This document shows, in pieces, positions 17,693 through 26,167 of a stretch of DNA of 64,000 bases (its first letter is position 1; each line of letters begins with the position of its first letter). Where the stretch lies: positions 268,647 through 332,646 of the forward strand of contig OZ244806.1 of assembly GCA_965220075.1 (NCBI GenBank). Reading direction: 5' to 3'. Under the pieces are notes generated by a model. That model had not been told where the DNA came from and ran no database searches. It worked only from the letters and a program-made list of their open reading frames with translations. The position numbers and the translations under genes are program-made. Origin of the DNA: Chloroflexota bacterium (GTDB lineage Bacteria > Chloroflexota > UBA11872).

Positions 17693-19435
17693 TCAGCTCC
17701 CAACGTCGAGCGCACCGTTTCCCTGGGGCCGTTGCGCGCCGCCCGCGTCCGCGGCGGCGTCCGGCGCGAGGTGCGGCAGCCCCGCGGCCCGCGCGGCCTT
17801 CTGCAGGATGACGCTCCGCACCTCGGGCGACTCCATCAGCTCCTCGACCAGGATCTCCTCTTGCATCTCCTCCGGGTTGGTGACCCCCAGCTTCTCCTGC
17901 ATCGCCCAGCGCCGCGAGGCCAGCTTGGCGCGCACCAGGGTGGCCGCGAAGTTGCCCTGCGCGATCTCGTCGGCCGGCGCCAGGGGCTCGATCCGTACCT
18001 GCGAGGCGTAGTACGCGTCTATATCCCGCGGCGAGAGGCCGATCCAGCCCGACTCGTCGTCCGCGTACACGTAGACCGACTCGCGGATGCGCCTTTCCAC
18101 CAGGCGCCACATGAGCGCCACCACGCGCTCCAGCCCCTGCTCGGCGTGGCGTCTGATCTGGTTGAAGGAGACCCGCGCGGCGTTGATGAGCTGGTTGAGA
18201 AAATAGCCGCTGGTGTTGCCGCCGGGCGCCAGCCCAAACAGCACGCCGGGCACGCCCGCTTGATCGATCATGCCGCGCGTCATCGCGATCAGGTCGTCGA
18301 GGTCGGGCGGCGTGCCGGTCCACTGCAAGAAGTTCAGGTCTTCGCCCGGGTAGAGCGGAAATATCTCGCCCGGCCGGAATTCGATCGGCGCGGGCCTTCC
18401 GTCGTCGCCGATCGAGCTCTCACCGGCCGCATAGCCGGTCAGCTTCAGGGTTGGATAGGCGTACATGTACACCGCGTTCTGCTTCATCGTCAGCAGGCGG
18501 TCCAGCAGTGGAACCAGGTGCTGCATCGAGGCCAGCATGGAAGTTCCCGCCTTGGCGGGGTCGCGGCTGGGCGTCTGGTCGCCGTAGGCCATCACGTAGG
18601 GCACCTGGCCGTAGCCATGGCGGCCCCGTTGCACCAGGTGTCCGTCGATCAGGTAGGCGTAGTGCTCGGCGTCCCAGTACTCGACCGCGCGCACCGTGCC
18701 GGCGCGCGCCGGCATGGGGCCCGCCGCCTCCCGCGGGCCGCTCGCCCCGTCAGGCGCCAGCCGCCCCGTGCGAGCGTCTTCGCTCAGCCCGTAGCGCCGC
18801 ATCATCAGGCGCTTGGGGCGCTCCGAGATCTCCAGGCAGGCCTCCAGGCCGTCCTCGCCCACCAGCGGGTAGAAAGTCAGCGCGTCCACGTCGCGCCACG
18901 CCAGCGGAAAGGGCGCCGCCTTCTTGAAGCGCGCCGCGCGCCGGTTGAACGCCTCGACCGGCTCCCGGTCGGGATCGCTCCTACGCGGATAGTCGGCCCA
19001 TCGATCCGGCACGTACAGCAGCTTCATCACGCCGGTGCCGTCGGCTACCAGCGCGTCCATGAACATGCCGAACACGTCCCGCCCGGCGTCGTCCTCCATC
19101 CGGCGCAAAGCCGCGTTGGTCCACTTCTCGCGCTTGGCCGCCAGGCCGCGCGACGCCTCCGAGGTGTCGGGCGGCGGCACCGCCACGGTCGGATAGTTGG
19201 CCGTCAGGCTGCCCACCACGCGCTTGATCTGCTCGTGCGCAATCGGCGTGCGCACCTCGCGCGTGGTGGCCCGGTAGGCCTCCGGTATGTCGACCGGCTC
19301 CTCCATGTAGCGCAGCCGGCGCAGACGTTCGATGCGCGCATTGCGTTCGCTGAACTCGGCTATCACGTGCTGCTCCAGGTCGCGCACGTAGTGCTCGGTC
19401 GGTACGGGCAAGCTCTCCGCGGGTGTGGCTGCCAT
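17693..19435 (-). CDS. Phage portal-like protein
   Basis: About 580 aa, next to the terminase, with an acidic C-terminal tail (NPEEMQEEILVEELMESPE). The start was set to ATG 19435, which has AAAGGAA upstream. This is a family-level call from overall resemblance only. Confidence 0.6.
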   Translation of the reverse strand: MAATPAESLPVPTEHYVRDLEQHVIAEFSERNARIERLRRLRYMEEPVDIPEAYRATTREVRTPIAHEQIKRVVGSLTANYPTVAVPPPDTSEASRGLAAKREKWTNAALRRMEDDAGRDVFGMFMDALVADGTGVMKLLYVPDRWADYPRRSDPDREPVEAFNRRAARFKKAAPFPLAWRDVDALTFYPLVGEDGLEACLEISERPKRLMMRRYGLSEDARTGRLAPDGASGPREAAGPMPARAGTVRAVEYWDAEHYAYLIDGHLVQRGRHGYGQVPYVMAYGDQTPSRDPAKAGTSMLASMQHLVPLLDRLLTMKQNAVYMYAYPTLKLTGYAAGESSIGDDGRPAPIEFRPGEIFPLYPGEDLNFLQWTGTPPDLDDLIAMTRGMIDQAGVPGVLFGLAPGGNTSGYFLNQLINAARVSFNQIRRHAEQGLERVVALMWRLVERRIRESVYVYADDESGWIGLSPRDIDAYYASQVRIEPLAPADEIAQGNFAATLVRAKLASRRWAMQEKLGVTNPEEMQEEILVEELMESPEVRSVILQKAARAAGLPHLAPDAAADAGGAQRPQGNGALDVGS

Positions 19436-19700
19436 GGGTTCCTTTAGTGCCCGCACGGGGCGGGTCTGATGCCGCCCGCCTCGTATGCGTGGTGGTGTCC
19501 CTTGCGCTCCCCGGCCAGGCGGGCGTGCTGCGCCGGGAGCTGCGATCGGCCGGCCCCCGCGCGCTTCCCGTCCGCTTAGTGCGGGCGGCGATGCGAGCGC
19601 CGCGAGTGGCCACTAGGCAATAGTACATTACTTTTGTAACGCACACAAGGGCCAACACCTCCCTTTCACCCCGGAGACCGTTGCAAACCCCCCTCTCCCC

Positions 19701-19705
19701 CTGGG
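19701..19705. repeat. Target-site duplication CTGGG (left)
   Basis: Identical pentamer at 20969-20973, immediately outside the IS ends. Confidence 0.75.
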
Positions 19706-19757
19706 TGTGCAGACCGGGGACATCATGAACACATGTTCGGGGACATAGTGAACACAT
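19706..19757 (+). repeat. IS481 left inverted repeat
   Basis: TGTGCAGACCGGGGACATCATGAACACATGTTCGGGGACATAGTGAACACAT matches the reverse complement of 20917-20968 at 46 of 52 positions. It contains an internal doubled CGGGGACAT.GTGAACA unit. Confidence 0.85.
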
Positions 19758-19782
19758 TCGCAGAGGACGGGGGCCTGATGAC

Positions 19783-20916
19783 GTGCCGTTTGAGGACCGG
19801 TCGATGAGGGAGCAACGGGCCGAGTTTGTGGCGCTGGCGAGACAGCCTGGGGCGAACCGGCGGGCGCTCTGCCGGCGCTTCGGGATTGCGCCCGCCACGG
19901 CCTACAAGTGGTTGCAGCGCTATGCGGCGGAAGGCCCGGCGGGGCTGGCGGAGCGCGCGCGGCGACCGCACCACAGTCCGGGGCAGACGGCCCCTGCGAT
20001 GGAGCAGGCGGTGCTGGCCTTGCGTGCGCAGCATCCCGCCTGGGGCGCGCGCAAGCTGCGCGTTTTGCTGGCCCGGCAGGGCCTCCAGCCGCTGCCGGCG
20101 GTCTCCACCATCAGCGCCATCCTGCGTCGCCATGGGGCCCTGGACCCCGCCCAGGGGGCGGGCCAGGCGCGCGCCTACCAGCGGTTCGAGCAGCCCTACC
20201 CCAACGCCCTCTGGCAGATGGACTTCAAAGCCGGCTGGCCCTGCGGCCCCGGCCGCTGCCATCCCCTCACCATCCTCGATGACCATTCGCGCTACGCGCT
20301 CGGGCTGGTGGCCTGCCCCAATCAGCGCACCGCCACGGTGCGCGCCCACCTGATCGCCACCTTCCAGCGCTACGGGCTGCCCGACCGCCGGCTGGTCGAC
20401 AACGGCAGTCCCTGGGGCAACCATCCGGCCCATCCCTACACCCCGCTGACCGTCTGGCTGCGGCGCCTGGGCGTGGCGGTCAGCCACAGCCGGCCCTACC
20501 ACCCGCAGACGCTGGGCAAGGACGAGCGCTTCCACGGCACCCTCAAGCGCGAACTGGCGGGCCAGCCGCCACAGCCCGATCTGGCCGCCTGGCAGGCTGC
20601 CTTTGCTGCCTGGCGGCACCAGTACAACCACGTGCGCCCGCACGAGAGCCTGGGTCTGGCCGTACCGGCCAGCCGCTACCAGATCAGCCCCAGGCCCTAC
20701 CCGGCGCACCTGCCGCCGCTGCCCTACCAGCCCGCCGACCAAGTGCGCAAGGTCCAGCAGGGCGGCTGGGTCTCCTTCCAAGGCCGCCAACTGCGCCTGC
20801 CCAAGGCGCTGCGCGGCCAGCCGGTCGCGTTTCGGCCCAGGCCCACCGACGGCTGCTGGGACGCCATCTTCATGACCGACCACCTGGGCTCTCTCGACCT
20901 GCGCGAGTCCGCCTAG
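19783..20916 (+). CDS. IS481-family DDE transposase (integrase core)
   Basis: N-terminal HTH (RRALCRRFGIAPATAYKW). DDE triad contexts WQMDFK, LVDNGSPW and HPQTLGKDERFHGTLKRE. GTG start, or ATG at 19804. Confidence 0.9.
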   Translation: MPFEDRSMREQRAEFVALARQPGANRRALCRRFGIAPATAYKWLQRYAAEGPAGLAERARRPHHSPGQTAPAMEQAVLALRAQHPAWGARKLRVLLARQGLQPLPAVSTISAILRRHGALDPAQGAGQARAYQRFEQPYPNALWQMDFKAGWPCGPGRCHPLTILDDHSRYALGLVACPNQRTATVRAHLIATFQRYGLPDRRLVDNGSPWGNHPAHPYTPLTVWLRRLGVAVSHSRPYHPQTLGKDERFHGTLKRELAGQPPQPDLAAWQAAFAAWRHQYNHVRPHESLGLAVPASRYQISPRPYPAHLPPLPYQPADQVRKVQQGGWVSFQGRQLRLPKALRGQPVAFRPRPTDGCWDAIFMTDHLGSLDLRESA

Positions 20917-20968
20917 ATGTGTTCACCATGTCCCCGAACACCTGTTCACCATGTCCCCGGTCTGGACA
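20917..20968 (-). repeat. IS481 right inverted repeat
   Basis: See the left repeat. It begins 1 nt after the transposase stop. Confidence 0.85.
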
Positions 20969-20997
20969 CTGGGAGAGGGTTGGGGTGAGGGTGGCTT
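20969..20997. repeat. Target-site duplication CTGGG (right) plus right half of the disrupted REP family B element
   Basis: CTGGGAGAGGGTTGGGGTGAGGGTGGC. The left half, CCCCTCTCCCC, lies at 19690-19700. Confidence 0.75.
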
Positions 20998-21044
20998 CGG
21001 CGATAGATCGGCCGTCAAAAAAACGGCTTGCTTCCCGCCGCGCC

Positions 21045-22982
21045 TCAGTTAGGCCGCGTGCGAATCCAGACGGCCATCGAGCCCGGCGCGCGGTTCGCCC
21101 ACGCGTAGTAAGGAACCGCCGTCAGGGGTCTGCTCCGTGGCGCGGCGCCGGTCGGGAGCGGTCCGCCCGGCCGCCGCTCCGGCGAAGTGACTCCCGCGCC
21201 GCTGAGCGCCGTGACGCCGCCGAGCAGATCGGGCCGGAACTCGGCCTTCAGCGGCGCCGCCGGCGGCAGCGCCAGCCGGTCGACATCCAGCCCCTCGTGA
21301 TCGCAGGACTCCAGGCAGTACACGACGGGTCCGCGCATGAGCGCCGCGCGGTCGCGGTTGGCCGTCACGCTTGGATGACTCGCGACGCGCCGGACGGCCA
21401 GCGGGATATCGAGCTCCATCACGTCGCCGCGGCGCCAGGCCCGCCGCACGCTCGCGTAGCCGCCCGGCGCGGCCTCGGCGGCCGGAAGACCGTTGACCCG
21501 CAAGCTCGCTCCCTCCGCCCAGGCGGGCACGCGCGGCCGCAAGGCCCATTCGCCGCCGGGCGCTTCCAGCACCGTGATTCGCACCTCGCCGCGCCAGGGG
21601 TACTCGGTGTCCACGCGCAAGGCCGCCCGGCCGCGCCCCGGCACCGGCGCATGGACCGTCCCGGCCGCGTATAGGTGCAGCCAGAGCTCACCCGCCGCGA
21701 CCCCGTAGAGATATCCCGGCAGGCTCGCGAGCAGCCGCGCGATGTTGGGCGGGCAACAGGCGCAATCGAACCAGGCCTGCCGCCGCCAGCCGGCCGCTTG
21801 ATCCGCAGGCGCCTCCGCCGGCTCGTCAGGGTCCGCGTCCGCGCCGGTTGACCGCGCGCGGTCGGCGAGTGGGTTCACGTAGAAGAAGCGCCGGCCATCC
21901 AGCGAAATCCCGGCCAGCGCGGCGTTGTAGAGCGTGGTCTCAAGCTGATCGGCGTAGCGCGCGTCGCCGCTGGCGGTCAGCATGCGCCAACTCCACATGA
22001 TCCCACCCACGCCGGCGCAGGTCTCGGCATAAGCCTGCTCGTTCGGCAGCTCATAGTCCTTCCCGAACGCCTCGCCCTCGTAGCGCGCCCCCAGACCGCC
22101 GGTTACGTAGCTCTTGCGCCCGAACGCGCTCCGCCAGAGATCTTCGGAGGCCTCGCGCAGCTCCGCATCGCCCGTTTCCATCGCGACGTCCATCATTCCC
22201 GCCGCGAGATAGGTCGCGCGCACCGCGTGGCCGACCGCCTCGCGCTGATCGCGTACCGGGAGATGGTCCTGGTGGTAAGGACTTCCGCTGATCAAGGGCG
22301 GCCGTTGCCCGCGCTGGTCCAGAAAGAAGCCCGCCCGCCGCAGATACTCGGGCTCACCCGTCTCGCGGTAGAGCTCGACAAGCGCCAACTCGATCCCCTC
22401 GTGGCCGTCCGCCCCCGGGCGGCCCGCCGGACCGAAGACGGCGCAGACGTGATCGGCCAGCCGTCGGGCTACCTCGAACAGGCGCGCCTCTCCGGTGGCG
22501 CGGCGATGCGCGATCCCGGCCTGGATCAGGTGGCCGGCGCAATACAGCTCGTGCATGTTGGCCAGGTCCGTGTAGCGCTCGGCCGCCCGCTCGAAGGTGA
22601 AATAGGTGTTCAAATACCCACTGGACTGCTGCGCGGCCGCTATGGCGTCGATCACGCCGTTCACTTGCCGCCGCATATCCGCATCGTCACGCGCGGCCAG
22701 CGCGTGGCTGGCGGCCTCTACCCACTTATAGACGTCGGAGTCGTTGTAGTAACGCCCCTGGAAGTGCGGCGGCCGGCCGGTCGCGGCGCGCCGGAAGTTG
22801 TCGATCCGGCCGGTCTCTTCGCAGCGCGCGTACTGCTCCGGCAGGGTGGCCCGGCGCGTTTGCGACAGGCGCGGACCCCAGAATCCGCCTTTCAGCTCCA
22901 CCGCCCCGATCGGAACCGGCCGCAGCCGCGCGCCCGGGCTTGCGCGCGTATCCACCACGACCCCACGGCCCGCCCGCCTCAC
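21045..22982 (-). CDS. Glycoside hydrolase family 127 (beta-L-arabinofuranosidase-like, DUF1680)
   Basis: GGFWGPRL and YYNDSDVYKWVEA, plus the Cys cluster WFDCACCPPNIARL characteristic of GH127. Confidence 0.85.
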   Translation of the reverse strand: MRRAGRGVVVDTRASPGARLRPVPIGAVELKGGFWGPRLSQTRRATLPEQYARCEETGRIDNFRRAATGRPPHFQGRYYNDSDVYKWVEAASHALAARDDADMRRQVNGVIDAIAAAQQSSGYLNTYFTFERAAERYTDLANMHELYCAGHLIQAGIAHRRATGEARLFEVARRLADHVCAVFGPAGRPGADGHEGIELALVELYRETGEPEYLRRAGFFLDQRGQRPPLISGSPYHQDHLPVRDQREAVGHAVRATYLAAGMMDVAMETGDAELREASEDLWRSAFGRKSYVTGGLGARYEGEAFGKDYELPNEQAYAETCAGVGGIMWSWRMLTASGDARYADQLETTLYNAALAGISLDGRRFFYVNPLADRARSTGADADPDEPAEAPADQAAGWRRQAWFDCACCPPNIARLLASLPGYLYGVAAGELWLHLYAAGTVHAPVPGRGRAALRVDTEYPWRGEVRITVLEAPGGEWALRPRVPAWAEGASLRVNGLPAAEAAPGGYASVRRAWRRGDVMELDIPLAVRRVASHPSVTANRDRAALMRGPVVYCLESCDHEGLDVDRLALPPAAPLKAEFRPDLLGGVTALSGAGVTSPERRPGGPLPTGAAPRSRPLTAVPYYAWANRAPGSMAVWIRTRPN

Positions 22983-23078
22983 GCTATCCCGTCCCTGCTA
23001 AAGCGCGATGCCGAGCCTCGGATCGCGCGCGCCCTGCCGCGCGAGTCTCCGCGGCTGCGCTGGCTGAACGATCTCGGC

Positions 23079-24071
23079 TCACGCGTTCCGTGCGCAGCGA
23101 AACCCGGAGTTCCCGGTTGTGCTGTCGGGTGTGTTGGCGGTGCGCGCCGCCACGCGGTAGCGGTTGCAATAAGACTTGTGGCACAGATACGAACCGCCGC
23201 GAATGACCTTCGCGCTCCCGCTCGGCGGTCCGCCTGGGTTCGCGCGCGGACCCTCGACGTGAAAGGCGGGGCTGAACCAATCCTCACACCACTCCCAGAC
23301 GTTGCCCGCCACGTTGAACAGACCGTACCCATTGGGTTGATAGGCGTCGGCGGGTGCGGTCCCCAGGTACCCGTCGTCACCGCGGTTATGCGTAGGGAAA
23401 GCACCCTGCCAGATATTGCAGCGGTGCGCTCTCTTCGGTCTCAGCTGGTCGCCCCACGGATAACGCTTCTGGCTCAATCCGCCGCGCGCCGCGTACTCCC
23501 ACTCGGCCTCGCTGGGAAGCCGCAGGCCAGCCCAGCGGCAGTACGCCTGCGCGTCCCTCCAGGACACCTGCACGACCGGGTGGTCCCAGCGCTCCCGCAC
23601 GTCCGACCCCGGTCCTTCCGGCGCGCGCCAGCAGGCGCCCGGCGCGGCCAGCCACCAGGGCGCGGCCGCGGGCCCCTTGAGCGCCGCGCGGACCTCTTCA
23701 TCCCCCACAAACTGGTGGAACACGAAGGACCAGCCGAAGCGCTCGGCGTCCGTCACGTATCCGGACGCTTCGACGAACTCGGCGAACTGCCGGTTGGTCA
23801 CCGCCGTGGCGTCGATGAGGAACGGGTCGACCCGCACCTCGCGGATCGGTCCTTCGCCGTCCACGCCAAATCCCTCCTTGTCGTCCGTGCCCATGGCGAA
23901 CGCACCGCCCTCGATCCGTCTAAGGCCGGGCCGCCGCAGAACCTGTCGGGAGACCGCCGGTGCCGGCGGGGGCTGCTCCGGGCCGTCTGTGCGGGAGACG
24001 GCGCAACAGGCCGCACCGCCGCCTGGCTTCGCGGGGGCGGCGCCGCCCCCTCGGGCGTGCCTAGGCGCCAT
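23079..24071 (-). CDS. Formylglycine-generating enzyme (FGE/SUMF1 family)
   Basis: VSWRDAQAYCRWAG, GNVWEWCEDW and the catalytic Cys pair in RGGSYLCHKSYCNRYRVAAR. Start ATG 24071 overlaps the stop of the XRE gene. Confidence 0.85.
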   Translation of the reverse strand: MAPRHARGGGAAPAKPGGGAACCAVSRTDGPEQPPPAPAVSRQVLRRPGLRRIEGGAFAMGTDDKEGFGVDGEGPIREVRVDPFLIDATAVTNRQFAEFVEASGYVTDAERFGWSFVFHQFVGDEEVRAALKGPAAAPWWLAAPGACWRAPEGPGSDVRERWDHPVVQVSWRDAQAYCRWAGLRLPSEAEWEYAARGGLSQKRYPWGDQLRPKRAHRCNIWQGAFPTHNRGDDGYLGTAPADAYQPNGYGLFNVAGNVWEWCEDWFSPAFHVEGPRANPGGPPSGSAKVIRGGSYLCHKSYCNRYRVAARTANTPDSTTGNSGFRCARNA

Positions 24072-24597
24072 CGTCGTTGCTTGCGCCGCTCGGGCCGCCG
24101 ACGACGTTGAGGATCGTGGGCTGGCCGTCGACTGGACGGCGGAACGCGACTCGCACGATCTCGGCGTCGAATTGCAAGTCGACGAAGTACAGGCGCGCGC
24201 GCAGCTGGCCAACGCCCGCGTCGGTCTCCGCCAGCGCGCGCAGCTCGTCGGCTTGGCCGGACGGATCGAACTCTACGGCCAGCGCGCCGTGCGGAGGGCC
24301 TTGACGCTGGCGTCCGGCGCGCGCTTGCAGCAGCGCTCTCGAGAGCAGCGCCACGTCTTCACCGGCCCGGTCCGCCAGCGCGGCTACCAGGAACCCGGGC
24401 GCAACCGCGCCGAGCGCCTGCGCGATTTGTACCACCCGGTCCATCGGCGGAGCGCGCCGCTGGCCCTTCTCCACCTGACTGAGGAACGAGTGCGACAGCC
24501 CGCAACGCGCCGCCAGCGCGCGGTAAGACAGCCCCGCCGCCTCACGCGCCTCGCGCAGCGCCTGGGGGAACCGCAGCCCTGATTCCCGGAGGTCCAC
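24061..24597 (-). CDS. XRE-family HTH regulator with ~120-aa unknown C-terminal domain
   Basis: HTH AGLSYRALAARCGLSHSFLSQVEKGQR. The start was set to GTG 24597, which lies 7 nt downstream of a TACAAT hexamer and so may be leaderless. The longer ORF start at 24759 would run through the divergent promoter. Confidence 0.7.
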   Translation of the reverse strand: MDLRESGLRFPQALREAREAAGLSYRALAARCGLSHSFLSQVEKGQRRAPPMDRVVQIAQALGAVAPGFLVAALADRAGEDVALLSRALLQARAGRQRQGPPHGALAVEFDPSGQADELRALAETDAGVGQLRARLYFVDLQFDAEIVRVAFRRPVDGQPTILNVVGGPSGASNDDGA

Positions 24598-24619
24598 GGC
24601 CGCGATTGTACACAAACTG

Positions 24620-24648
24620 TTGACAGTAGCCGCGCCGGCCGTTAGTCT
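24620..24648 (+). promoter_or_regulatory. Sigma-70-like promoter (TTGACA-17 nt-TAGTCT) for the 24780 operon
   Basis: Hexamers and spacing read directly from the sequence. Confidence 0.45.
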
Positions 24649-24653
24649 GGTCT

Positions 24654-24670
24654 GTACGCAAATTGCGTAC
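24654..24670. promoter_or_regulatory. Perfect 17-nt palindrome GTACGCAAATTGCGTAC (putative XRE operator)
   Basis: 8-nt arms around a central A. It starts 6 nt after the -10 hexamer and so overlaps the expected transcription start. Confidence 0.5.
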
Positions 24671-24779
24671 GGCGTGGCCGTAAGCACGGCTGGCGGGGCC
24701 CACACGATCACCCCGACGACCGACCTGCCGCCGCCCAGCACGGCCGCGCTGGCCGCCACGTAAGCAGAGGGGTTACCGC

Positions 24780-25526
24780 ATGATCGACGCGCAGTTCCGT
24801 GATGGACGCGGCCTGCTCACCGCCCAGTCGGAGGGACACGAAGACTACGGGCGCTACGAGACCCCCGCGCCGGCTCTGCGCGCCGCCGAGCGTGAGTTCC
24901 AGGACATCGTCAGCCTGCGGCAGAACGAGCACTTCGAGCACGCCTGGATTTCGCGCGTGCTGGCCTGCGTGGCCGACCCGAGCGTGCCGGCGGCGGTGCG
25001 CCGCTATCTCAGCCAGGGGCTGGACGAGGCGGCCGTCGAGCGCGGCCTGCTCCTCCGACCTCACTGGCACTGCCCGCAATGCGGCTCGCCCGGCAGCCAG
25101 TGGGGGCCCGGATGCGCCCTCGCCTACTGCCCGCACGAGCCTCCGGCGCGCCGCTCGCACTGGGACTACTGCCGCGTAGCCGCCCGCCATGAACTGCTGA
25201 CCCTGGTCGTGAGCGAAGGCTACGACCGCGTGGGCGCGCTGGCCGGGGCGGCAGAGCTGCTCAGCTTGAACGCGGCCTGGCGGCGGTTCGTCCCCCGGCT
25301 GCCGGAACCGCTCTCGTCCGAGCTGCAGGATTGGGTGCGCGACATGCACGACGCTCACGCGGCGCGCGCGGCCGAGATCCTCGATGTCTCGGCGCGCCTC
25401 GCGAACGCGCTCGACCTGCGCGGGCCGCTTGATCCCGAGCGACTGCTTGCCGACGCGCTTCATCTCACTGGCCTCGACAGCTCTCAACCAAGCCCGCGCC
25501 TGCAAGGCGCAAAGGAGTCCCGATGA
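24780..25526 (+). CDS. Hypothetical protein with Cys4 knuckle (HWHCPQCG...CALAYCPH)
   Basis: 248 aa. Third-position GC bias favours this strand over the antisense ORF 24708-25505. GAGGGG lies 8 nt upstream of the ATG. Confidence 0.6.
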   Translation: MIDAQFRDGRGLLTAQSEGHEDYGRYETPAPALRAAEREFQDIVSLRQNEHFEHAWISRVLACVADPSVPAAVRRYLSQGLDEAAVERGLLLRPHWHCPQCGSPGSQWGPGCALAYCPHEPPARRSHWDYCRVAARHELLTLVVSEGYDRVGALAGAAELLSLNAAWRRFVPRLPEPLSSELQDWVRDMHDAHAARAAEILDVSARLANALDLRGPLDPERLLADALHLTGLDSSQPSPRLQGAKESR

Positions 25527-26125
25527 CGGATCAGCCGCTCAGCCACGCCACCGACCCCTCCTCCGAACCCGCGACCGCCACGGACGCGCACGACTCTCCC
25601 GGCGCGCCGGCCTTCACTGAGACCGCGGAGTTCAAGCAGGCGGTTGAGGCCGAGCTCAACACGCGCTTGGGCCAGCTCGAACGCCGCTGGCAATCGCGCA
25701 AGGACCGCGAGATTCAGCGCGAACGGCAGCGCTGGCAACAGACGAGCAAGGCGCCCGCCAGCCCCGAGCTCTCCGCCTGGGCGCGCCAGGCCGATCCCGC
25801 CGAGGTGGGGCGCTGGTTGCAGGAGCTGCTTCCGGCGGACGCGGTCGCGGTCGTCGCGCCGCCGGTCAGCCCGCCCGCCGACGATCTGGCCGACGAGTAC
25901 GTCGGCGCGTCGGAACCCGCCGAAGGCTCAGACGACTTCCAGGCGGAGCAGGCCGTAGCCCGCGAGCGGCTCGCCGACGACCGCGCCCGCGAGCCGAGCC
26001 CGGATCTGGCGCCCAGTGTGAGCGCGCCGGGCGACGCCTTTCACGCCATCGAGGCGCGCTTTGCACGGGGCGAGATCGGACTGGCCGACTACGAGAGCGC
26101 CCGTCGCCGCCGCGGCCTCGACTAG
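25523..26125 (+). CDS. Hypothetical acidic/coiled-coil protein
   Basis: 200 aa. ATGA overlap with the preceding gene. A central charged helix (LERRWQSRKDREIQRERQRWQQ) is present. No recognised motif. Confidence 0.55.
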   Translation: MTDQPLSHATDPSSEPATATDAHDSPGAPAFTETAEFKQAVEAELNTRLGQLERRWQSRKDREIQRERQRWQQTSKAPASPELSAWARQADPAEVGRWLQELLPADAVAVVAPPVSPPADDLADEYVGASEPAEGSDDFQAEQAVARERLADDRAREPSPDLAPSVSAPGDAFHAIEARFARGEIGLADYESARRRRGLD

Positions 26126-26167
26126 CCTGGCCCGGCCGCACCGCCCGCGCGGAAGCAGGCCGCGCTC

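Larger units (their letters stand above)
16012..19435 (-). mobile_element. Cryptic prophage remnant: DNA-packaging module only (portal, terS-like, TerL)
   Basis: Three adjacent phage-type genes. No capsid, tail, lysis or integrase genes are in the window. Bounded by IS481 at 19706. Confidence 0.55.
19706..20968 (+). mobile_element. IS481-family insertion sequence (1263 bp)
   Basis: TGT...ACA termini, 52-bp imperfect inverted repeats, a single rve/DDE transposase and a 5-bp direct repeat. Confidence 0.85.

Noticed and set aside
17576-19447. 623-aa plus-strand ORF
   Set aside because: It is antisense to the portal-like gene. The minus-strand product has protein-like composition and an SD-preceded ATG, whereas this one is Arg/Gly/His-rich.
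22227-24110. 627-aa plus-strand ORF
   Set aside because: It is antisense to GH127 and FGE, both of which have unmistakable family motifs.
24708-25505. 265-aa minus-strand ORF opposite the Cys4 hypothetical gene
   Set aside because: Third-position GC bias, the RBS and the ATGA coupling all favour the plus-strand gene. This ORF would also run through the divergent promoter.
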